A stretch of 64,000 nt of DNA from a virus: IMG/VR virus record IMGVR_UViG_3300025436_000002, positions 106,201 through 170,200 of that record, one strand, 5' to 3'. The position numbers and the translations under genes are program-made. Positions 56,067 to 63,447 of this stretch are shown here, piece by piece; the stretch's first letter is position 1; each line of letters begins with the position of its first letter. The notes under the pieces are model-generated. The model worked only from the letters and a program-made list of their open reading frames with translations, did no database searches and was not told the DNA's origin.

Positions 56067-57986
56067 GTGGTAAGATTAGTATACATAAATATCAGGGAGT
56101 TTGGATTGTCAAAAGAATTTATAAAAGCTAAGGACGGTAAATTATACTCTAAGACCGATAAAGAAGATTGGCTAGGTATTTATGCTGAGTATTTAGGTGG
56201 GAAATCTTTTGTAGAACTATCCAGCATGCATGGAATTTGTAGAAACATTTTAAAAAAATATTTTACTAATTTTAATATGCACATTCGTGATAGATCAGCC
56301 GTCCTAAAATTAATAGTTAGGGAAAGAATGCCTGTAAAACTTAATCCCCATTTCGGTTGTATCAAAGCTAAGAATGGAATATGGTATTCTAAAACTGATA
56401 GAGAAGATTGGTTGGATATCCACGAAGATTATAAAAGTGGGAAATCCTTCGTAGAACTAGCAACTATTTGGGGAATAAGTGATATAACTCTTAAAAAATA
56501 TTTCTTATTATTTAACTTTAATCTTAGAAGTTCGTCCGAAGTAAAAAGACTTGCACATGTTAAAAACGAAAAAGTTAACATTGGAAAATATGGAGTTCCC
56601 TATACCCTCCAAGTCTCTAAATTTAGAGATAAAGGTAAGAATACTAATATGTTGAAATACGGGTATGAATATCCTAATCAATCTCCAGAGATAAAAGATA
56701 AGATTAAGAAAACAAATATTCTCAAATATGGGTATCCTTGTTCTCTCCAGAATATAGATATAATTCAGCAGGGGCGAGATACAAACATTCTTAAATACGG
56801 GTATCCGTCTCCTAATCAAAATGAGGATGTGAAAAATAAACAGAGGAGTACAACTTTTAGAAGGTACGGAGTCTATCATGCTATGAGGTGTTCAAAGATA
56901 TCTAAACAGAGTATCTCGAAACGCATGGGTGCCGTAGAACATTTATGGAACATCCGATTGAAGAATAAAGGGTATACTCTTCTAGGAGACTACACGGGTG
57001 TTTTTAATAGAAGTAGTACTGGGGATTATTTAAGTTGGTCTAACTATAGTATAGAACATGAGGCTTGTGGAACTATCTTCAAACATGCCCTATGTGGAGT
57101 TATAAAGTGTCCTAAATGTTTTCCTGCTAAATTTGGGGCTTCCCAGAAAGTTCTATCTGATTTAATAGAATCTTTAGGTTTTGTGATAACATTAAATGAT
57201 AGAAGGATAATAACTCCTAAAGAGATTGACATACTGACTCTAGAATTAAATATTGGATTTGAATATAATGGAACTTACCACCATAGCTCTAAATATAAAG
57301 ATAAACACTATCATAAAATGAAATCAGACTTAGCTTTAGAAAAAGGGATTAAGCTATATCATGTTTGGGAACATGACAATTTAGATATTGTTAAGTCCAT
57401 GATCAAGTCATGTCTGGGAAAATCTGAAATTAGATATCAAGCTAGAAAACTTAAAGTTAAAGAAGTCTCTATAAAAGAAAGAAGAGATTTCTTTGATAAC
57501 AATCATCTACATGGGGATGTTAATAGTAACTTTGCTTTAGGGCTATATGAAGGTTCTAAGTTAGTTTCATGTATTTCTTTTCGTAAACATAAAGAAGGCA
57601 TAGAAATAGCTAGATTTGCTACACTACTAAACTCTTCATGTGTTGGAGGTTTCTCAAAACTATTGAAACATAGTATTAATAGGTGTAGGCTACAAGATTA
57701 TACAAAAATAATAACATATTGTGATAGGGACTGGACCCCTAACTACAAAGATTCAGTATATTTTAAAAACGGATTCAAGTTTGTTAAGGATACTGGAGTA
57801 CAACTTAAATATATGAAGACTGGGAAGCATGCCATATACTCGAGAGAGACATACCAAAAACATAAACTGAAAGAAATGTTTCCAAAGTCGTATTCAGATG
57901 ATAAAACAGCAGATCAAATATTAGAAGAAAATAATATTTATTCAATTCATAATAGTGGTAACTGGAAATTCGAGATGAGTTTGTAA
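56067..57986 (+). CDS. Putative homing endonuclease (KYG repeats, Zn ribbon, PD-(D/E)XK nuclease, C-terminal GNAT-like domain)
   Basis: Duplicated N-terminal HTH-like module; TN..KYG repeats; CPKC; EIDI...GFEYNGTYHHS; ARK...NHL.G; EIARFA; GGFSKLLK; TYCDR. Confidence 0.75.
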   Translation: MVRLVYINIREFGLSKEFIKAKDGKLYSKTDKEDWLGIYAEYLGGKSFVELSSMHGICRNILKKYFTNFNMHIRDRSAVLKLIVRERMPVKLNPHFGCIKAKNGIWYSKTDREDWLDIHEDYKSGKSFVELATIWGISDITLKKYFLLFNFNLRSSSEVKRLAHVKNEKVNIGKYGVPYTLQVSKFRDKGKNTNMLKYGYEYPNQSPEIKDKIKKTNILKYGYPCSLQNIDIIQQGRDTNILKYGYPSPNQNEDVKNKQRSTTFRRYGVYHAMRCSKISKQSISKRMGAVEHLWNIRLKNKGYTLLGDYTGVFNRSSTGDYLSWSNYSIEHEACGTIFKHALCGVIKCPKCFPAKFGASQKVLSDLIESLGFVITLNDRRIITPKEIDILTLELNIGFEYNGTYHHSSKYKDKHYHKMKSDLALEKGIKLYHVWEHDNLDIVKSMIKSCLGKSEIRYQARKLKVKEVSIKERRDFFDNNHLHGDVNSNFALGLYEGSKLVSCISFRKHKEGIEIARFATLLNSSCVGGFSKLLKHSINRCRLQDYTKIITYCDRDWTPNYKDSVYFKNGFKFVKDTGVQLKYMKTGKHAIYSRETYQKHKLKEMFPKSYSDDKTADQILEENNIYSIHNSGNWKFEMSL

Positions 57987-58044
57987 CAATAACTTAGTAA
58001 ATAAGGATTAGCATGTTGACATTAGCTTGTTTATATGCTAATCT
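57982..58044 (+). promoter_or_regulatory. sigma70-like promoter with TGTAA box
   Basis: TGTAA-N8-TAGTA at 57982; TTGACA(58016)-N17-TAATCT; IR gattagcat/atgctaatc. Confidence 0.7.
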
Positions 58045-58076
58045 TTATTTGTAGGGTAAATTTAAAGGAGACACAC

Positions 58077-59309
58077 ATGGCTTCCGATTTAAAACAATTG
58101 CAACGTAAGGTATTTTTAGCTCAGAGTAAGCTTATGCATAAAGAGTTTTGTTTCTTTGGATGTTTGAGTCTTTGGCTGAAGTATCGTATTGACGATTCCA
58201 TTGAAACGGCTGCTACTAATGGGAGTGAGATAATATTCAATTCTGAATTCCTTGATAAAATGAACATGGGAGAATTAAAATGGGTTATGGCTCACGAAAT
58301 TATGCATATTGCATTGGGTCATATTAGAAGAAAAGGTACAAGAGATCACATGGTTTTCAACTATGCAAGTGATTTCGCCATACACTCTATTCTTAAAGAA
58401 TTTGAAGCTGATACATTCAAGATGCCTGAGGGTTGTTTATATGATAAAAAGTATGACGGCATGTGTTCCGAAGCTATTTATAATGACATAGCCCAACAAA
58501 TTAGTGAAGGCAAGGGCAAAGCTATGAAAACATTAGATGACCATGGTCAATGGGGCAAGGATCCTGCCAAAGGTCAAGGTGATCCAGATGATAAAGATGG
58601 TGAAGGCTGTGAGATGGGTGAAGTCTCTGAGGACGAGTGGAAACAAAGGATGGAAGATGCAGCAAAGTTAGCTGCTGGAAAGATGGAGGGGAAAACTCCT
58701 TCATTCCTTAAGGATTTATTAGCTAATCTTCAACCTCCTAAAAAGGATTGGAGACAGTTGCTCTCTGAATTTATCCAACCTGAGGTAGCAGACTACTCTT
58801 TTAACCCTCCAGATAAGAGATTATATTCCATGTCTGAATGCCTGCTACCTGATTTTAATGATGAAGAAGAGACTGTTAAAAATATAGCATTCTTTATAGA
58901 TATCTCAGGATCTATGAGTGAGCAAGATATTTCAGATGCGTATTCTGAAATTGTGGGAGCTATCAATCAATTTGGATCCATGAGTGGGTATTTGGGATAC
59001 TTCGATACAGCTATACACAACTTTGAAAAATTTGAGGATGTCAAGGATGTTATAAAAAATAAACCTCATTCTGGAGGAGGAACTGACTTCGAAGCATGTT
59101 TTAGATTTCTTAAAGATACCGATGTCGTAGACATGCAGGGTATCGTTGGAATTGTTATTTTATCCGATGGGGAGTGTGGGTTTGGAAATTCATATAAACT
59201 TTCTGAGGGAATTCCCACTCTTTTCTTGTTTACCGATGATCATATTCCTAAAGCACCTTTCGGTACCACATCTTATCTAAGATATAGGAAGAGCCTGAAC
59301 TCACATTAA
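58077..59309 (+). CDS. DUF2201-like metallopeptidase + vWA domain protein
   Basis: TAATNG, HEIMH zincin motif, N.A.D.AI; MIDAS DISGSM, GGGTDF, LSDGE. Confidence 0.9.
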   Translation: MASDLKQLQRKVFLAQSKLMHKEFCFFGCLSLWLKYRIDDSIETAATNGSEIIFNSEFLDKMNMGELKWVMAHEIMHIALGHIRRKGTRDHMVFNYASDFAIHSILKEFEADTFKMPEGCLYDKKYDGMCSEAIYNDIAQQISEGKGKAMKTLDDHGQWGKDPAKGQGDPDDKDGEGCEMGEVSEDEWKQRMEDAAKLAAGKMEGKTPSFLKDLLANLQPPKKDWRQLLSEFIQPEVADYSFNPPDKRLYSMSECLLPDFNDEEETVKNIAFFIDISGSMSEQDISDAYSEIVGAINQFGSMSGYLGYFDTAIHNFEKFEDVKDVIKNKPHSGGGTDFEACFRFLKDTDVVDMQGIVGIVILSDGECGFGNSYKLSEGIPTLFLFTDDHIPKAPFGTTSYLRYRKSLNSH

Positions 59310-59327
59310 ATTAAGAGAGGTCTAGTA

Positions 59328-60194
59328 TTGTCTAATAAAGTAGGAATATATCAAATACGGAATACTATAAACGGGAAGGTTTATGTAGGAAGTTCAATAC
59401 GCATGAATCATAGAAAATACGAGCATTTCTGTGACCTCAATAAGGGGAAACATCATAGTATTAAACTCCAGAGGGCTTACAATAAGTATGGGAAAGATAG
59501 TTTTATATTTGAAGTTATAGAATGTATCCAACTAACTGAGGACTTGGGTATCAACTCAAAATTAATAACGGCTAGGGAGCAATTTTACATAGATTCTAAA
59601 AATTCATATACACTTGGTTACAACAGTAGACCTCTAGCTGAAACTAACTTAGGATGTAAACGCTCGGAGGATGTAAAAAGAAAAATGAGTATATCCTTCA
59701 GAGGGTCTCTTAATCCTAACTTCGGTAAAACAATGCCTGACAATATTAAAAAGAGGATAAGTGATGCCAAAATGGGTAGAAAAAATCCACATACTTCAGA
59801 ACAAGATAGACGAATAGGAGAATCTAATCCTAATAAGAGAAAAGTTATAAATTTAACAACTTTGGAAGTATACGTTAGTGTATCTAAAGCTTCTTCTGAA
59901 ACAGGTGTTGATAGAGTTAGTCTTTATAGATGTTGTCAAGGTAAGTACGGGAGTGCTGGAGATTTTATATGGGCTTACTATAATGAAAGTATAAGCTATT
60001 CCAAGATACTTCCCTCTCCCGTTTCCACTAGACCTAAAAAAGTTATTAATTTGACCAAGGGCATTATATACGAAAGTTTAAATCAAGCTTCCTTGGATGT
60101 AGGTTCATCATGTTCATGTATTAGGAGATGTTGTAAAGGTAAACGTAAAACTTCTGGCGGATTTGAGTGGGCTTACTATACAGAAAAAGTTTAA
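59328..60194 (+). CDS. GIY-YIG homing endonuclease with NUMOD repeats
   Basis: GIYQIRN..NGKVYVGSS; NPNFGK; two NUMOD1-like C-terminal repeats. Confidence 0.9.
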   Translation: MSNKVGIYQIRNTINGKVYVGSSIRMNHRKYEHFCDLNKGKHHSIKLQRAYNKYGKDSFIFEVIECIQLTEDLGINSKLITAREQFYIDSKNSYTLGYNSRPLAETNLGCKRSEDVKRKMSISFRGSLNPNFGKTMPDNIKKRISDAKMGRKNPHTSEQDRRIGESNPNKRKVINLTTLEVYVSVSKASSETGVDRVSLYRCCQGKYGSAGDFIWAYYNESISYSKILPSPVSTRPKKVINLTKGIIYESLNQASLDVGSSCSCIRRCCKGKRKTSGGFEWAYYTEKV

Positions 60195-60227
60195 ATTCAC
60201 ATTAGTTTACAATTGAGAATCCAAGTA

Positions 60228-60256
60228 TTGACTTATTAAAAATAATCTGCTATTCT
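60228..60256 (+). promoter_or_regulatory. sigma70-like promoter
   Basis: TTGACT-N17-TATTCT with TG extension, then GTAAGGTT. Confidence 0.7.
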
Positions 60257-60317
60257 AATTAGGTAAGGTTTTAAAAAAAGTTTAAGTTTAATTATTATGT
60301 AGAAAAAGGGGAAAAAC

Positions 60318-61394
60318 ATGGCTAACATTTCAAGTAAAATCAGGGTTAATGAATTAATTAATTTAATGGCAGACTATTGTACTTCTGCTACATCACCTAA
60401 GGATGTTGAACCAATAATGCTTTGGGGATCTCCAGGGGTAGGGAAGTCTCAAGCCATGAAGCAAGTAGGAGAAACTTTAGAGAAAAGGCTAGGTAAGAAA
60501 GTAAAAGTTACTGACATAAGACTTGTAAATTACAGTCCAGTAGATTTGAGAGGTATCCCAGTTCCGAATGATGACAAAACTTTAGCAATATGGTTAAAAC
60601 CTTTGGTATTCCAAATGGATGACAGTCCTGATGTTATAAATATCCTAATCCTAGATGAAATATCAGCAGCTGCTCCAAGCATTCAAGCGTCTGCTTATCA
60701 AATAGTCCTAGATAGAAGACTCGGAGAACACTTAATTCCAGACAACTGTTTAATAATGTGTGCAGGTAATAGAGTCACAGATAAGTCAGTAGCTTACAAG
60801 ATGTCTAAAGCGTTAGGAAATAGACTTGTCCACTTAGACGTATCCGTAGATTTCGATGACTGGAAAACATGGGCACTTCCTAGAGGATTTGACAGTAGGA
60901 TTATGGGATTCTTAAACTGGAGGCAAGGTGCCGACCTCCACAAGTTTGACCCTTCCAATGATGAAAATTCTTTTTGTACTCCTAGAACATGGGAGAAGGT
61001 TAACAGTATCCTGAGTGTCTTGGATTTAGAACGAGCCATGAGTCTCATTTCAGGTACTATCGGAGACAGTACAGCTCATGAGTTTTACACGTATACTCGA
61101 TTGTATGGAGAGCTTCCGAATATGGAAACAATCTTAGCAGGGAAGTGTACTAAAGTTCCTACAAAACCTGATGTAAGTTTTGCATTAGTCTCCGCCTTAG
61201 TATGTCAAGCGTTAAAATCTAATGATGTTCAATTAACAAATATCCTAGAATACTCTTTCAAACTCAAAGATGAATTCAAAATATTACTACTCAAGGATTT
61301 AATAAAGTCATCTAAGGACATGTTACTTAAAATAGTTAATCATCCTAAATTTGAGAAATTTACAGAAGAGAATATGGACTTGTTGAGGGATTAA
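60318..61394 (+). CDS. MoxR-like AAA+ ATPase
   Basis: Walker A GSPGVGKS, DLRGIP, Walker B LILDE, AGNR, AL.NR, TPRTW. Confidence 0.92.
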   Translation: MANISSKIRVNELINLMADYCTSATSPKDVEPIMLWGSPGVGKSQAMKQVGETLEKRLGKKVKVTDIRLVNYSPVDLRGIPVPNDDKTLAIWLKPLVFQMDDSPDVINILILDEISAAAPSIQASAYQIVLDRRLGEHLIPDNCLIMCAGNRVTDKSVAYKMSKALGNRLVHLDVSVDFDDWKTWALPRGFDSRIMGFLNWRQGADLHKFDPSNDENSFCTPRTWEKVNSILSVLDLERAMSLISGTIGDSTAHEFYTYTRLYGELPNMETILAGKCTKVPTKPDVSFALVSALVCQALKSNDVQLTNILEYSFKLKDEFKILLLKDLIKSSKDMLLKIVNHPKFEKFTEENMDLLRD

Positions 61395-61395
61395 T

Positions 61396-61602
61396 ATGGC
61401 AAAGGTTATCTGGGGGAGACGTAATAGAAACACTCCCCCTTCCAAGATATCTATCTGGACTCCTCTTATGAGTGACGGAGAAGTATTAGAAAAACTTAAT
61501 GATTTTAGTGTCCAAGATATCGAATACCTTTTGAGGTATCAGTTACAGATATCTAAAATACTCCAAGGTAAGTTACGTATGTTATTAGAAATGTTAAAAT
61601 AG
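61396..61602 (+). CDS. Small protein with C-terminal tag variant
   Basis: Ends QGKLRMLLEMLK*. Confidence 0.7.
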   Translation: MAKVIWGRRNRNTPPSKISIWTPLMSDGEVLEKLNDFSVQDIEYLLRYQLQISKILQGKLRMLLEMLK

Positions 61603-61610
61603 GAGCAGAC

Positions 61611-61883
61611 ATGTTAATACGAGCTAAGAATTACTTAATAAATACTAAGGATTTCATGAGTATCAGTGCTCATGACGACGGAAATTGTATAAACATTAAT
61701 TTTGATATCTTTGCATATATCATAAAACTTAAACCTGATGCTGACGGTTCAGTAGTTCTAGACTTTATAATCTCAGAGTTGGCTGAGGGGAAGCCTATGG
61801 TAACTATGAGTGATTTTATAGTAGAGAGGGTAGACATGTCATGTTATATGTCAGAAGGTGATGGTTCTGATTTCCCAGATTAA
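61611..61883 (+). CDS. Hypothetical protein
   Basis: AGGAG RBS. Confidence 0.7.
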   Translation: MLIRAKNYLINTKDFMSISAHDDGNCININFDIFAYIIKLKPDADGSVVLDFIISELAEGKPMVTMSDFIVERVDMSCYMSEGDGSDFPD

Positions 61884-61912
61884 GTATTTGTAGTTAGAAG
61901 AAGGGTTGGGTA

Positions 61913-62200
61913 ATGTTTCAAGCACTGTCTGAATGTGATGATTATCTGGGAGACTCTCCAGATACCAGTTTATACGAACATGGAATTGCACGGAACTCGG
62001 ATACAGGGGTTAGCTTTTTATACAATTTCGACTCTGGAGAGGTTATAGAAAGAATAATAACCTTAGATGACGTATTTTATGTTTTAGATATTCTAGAACT
62101 TAGTTCCTTTGATGAAGAGTTAGGATGTTTACATGAGGAACATCTCTCGTCAGTTATAAAATGTATTAATGAAAATAGTGATTTCTTTTTGAAGGTGTAA
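61913..62200 (+). CDS. Hypothetical acidic protein
   Basis: Clean ORF. Confidence 0.65.
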   Translation: MFQALSECDDYLGDSPDTSLYEHGIARNSDTGVSFLYNFDSGEVIERIITLDDVFYVLDILELSSFDEELGCLHEEHLSSVIKCINENSDFFLKV

Positions 62201-62202
62201 CA

Positions 62203-62634
62203 ATGACCTACAATCTAGATAATTTAAAATTCATATCAGAAAACGAAGGAGTTTCATTTCCAGTATTCCTGTATTGCAACATGAAAAAGAATTTCATGCT
62301 TCATGATATGATAGACAAGCCAGAAGTCATTTATAAGGGAGAATTTACTACTGAGGATGCCTTTATAATGTACCATATGGGTAAATTTCCCCTAGTATCT
62401 GATTTAGGTGAAGGTACTGGTAGTGTGTTAGGAGAGCTCTATTACGTAGATGCCCCTACCTTGATATACTTAGATGAGTATTTTAACACGCTTCATAGGA
62501 TAGATGTAAAATTAGTACATAAGTCTCAAATATCCTTAGGAGTTCATGGATTTATGTACGTTGGATCTCTAAGGTTTAACACTAAGAAAATAGAATTAGA
62601 CATCAATAACAATTTAGTTTGGAAAGGAAAATAG
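62203..62634 (+). CDS. Degenerate gamma-glutamylcyclotransferase-like protein
   Basis: VFLYCNMKK, G.FP, VLGELY.VD..TL..LD aligned with 51024; lacks YGSL and catalytic LEG. Confidence 0.65.
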   Translation: MTYNLDNLKFISENEGVSFPVFLYCNMKKNFMLHDMIDKPEVIYKGEFTTEDAFIMYHMGKFPLVSDLGEGTGSVLGELYYVDAPTLIYLDEYFNTLHRIDVKLVHKSQISLGVHGFMYVGSLRFNTKKIELDINNNLVWKGK

Positions 62635-62635
62635 C

Positions 62636-63004
62636 ATGATTATAAATTTAGAAAAAAATACAATTTTTGTAACGAATAAAGAACAGAAGCCTTGTGTTAG
62701 AGCGTCTCTTAACTTTGAAAAGATGGTTGACCCTACTGAGTTTAATAGTGAAGTTGTGATAGCTCCAGTGTACTCTATATACGTATACGGTATCGATGAT
62801 ACTGATGAAATTAAAGCTTTGTATAAGGAGTACTATAAACAAGTTGTAGCTCTCATGTCTGTACTTTATACAGGACCTGTCTATTACATAAATACTTTTG
62901 AATCTGGAGAAGTAATTAACTGTTTAACAGACTCTATTATAGAGACAGGTAAATCTCCTGTTAAAGTTCCGCATAAGACTGCCCTTAAGATATATAGGGG
63001 TTAA
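62636..63004 (+). CDS. Hypothetical protein
   Basis: Clean ORF. Confidence 0.65.
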   Translation: MIINLEKNTIFVTNKEQKPCVRASLNFEKMVDPTEFNSEVVIAPVYSIYVYGIDDTDEIKALYKEYYKQVVALMSVLYTGPVYYINTFESGEVINCLTDSIIETGKSPVKVPHKTALKIYRG

Positions 63005-63024
63005 CTCTTTTCTTCATAATTTTT

Positions 63025-63053
63025 TAGAGGCTTTTTAAGCCTCTATTTTTTTT
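63025..63053 (+). terminator. Intrinsic terminator
   Basis: tagaggct-loop-agcctcta + T run. Confidence 0.8.
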
Positions 63054-63057
63054 AATT

Positions 63058-63068
63058 TTTATATTATA
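63058..63068 (+). promoter_or_regulatory. Putative late promoter TTTATATTHTA
   Basis: TTTATATTATA 61 nt before 63119. Confidence 0.7.
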
Positions 63069-63118
63069 TTTAGCGTTACTTCCTTGTGGGGGTAACTATA
63101 ATTTAAGGAGATTAAATA

Positions 63119-63436
63119 ATGGCATATTCATGGACAGCTGTAACACCGAATACTCAAACTTGGGGATCAAGCTACTTTAATTTCTGTATTACGGGGGATG
63201 TGAGATCTCAAATACCTGCACATTCTATTGTCAAGATGCAGGGAGGTTCTGGGACAGAGTACACTGTAACTGCTACTTTTGAATCTATGTTTGGGGATAC
63301 AACATGGGTACGTAGTGATGATAACCAAGAAATAGACCCCGTAGATCGAGCTCTCTACGGAGGGGGTACTTTGTTAGTAAGAGGTGCTGAGATTCCGTCA
63401 ATCATACCTAGGATAGTAAACTTCTGGACTATATAG
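63119..63436 (+). CDS. Putative virion protein with C-terminal PSIIPRIVNFWTI motif
   Basis: AAGGAG RBS; tail shared with the 17234 locus. Confidence 0.7.
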   Translation: MAYSWTAVTPNTQTWGSSYFNFCITGDVRSQIPAHSIVKMQGGSGTEYTVTATFESMFGDTTWVRSDDNQEIDPVDRALYGGGTLLVRGAEIPSIIPRIVNFWTI

Positions 63437-63447
63437 TAAGGAGGGTA

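Noticed and set aside
205-62842. Numerous minus-strand and alternative-frame ORFs in the track (e.g. 205..387, 26434..26778, 56508..56879, 53325..53660, 37849..38076)
   Set aside because: They are shadows of well-supported genes, with no RBS or motifs; only 53270..53896 is a credible minus-strand gene.
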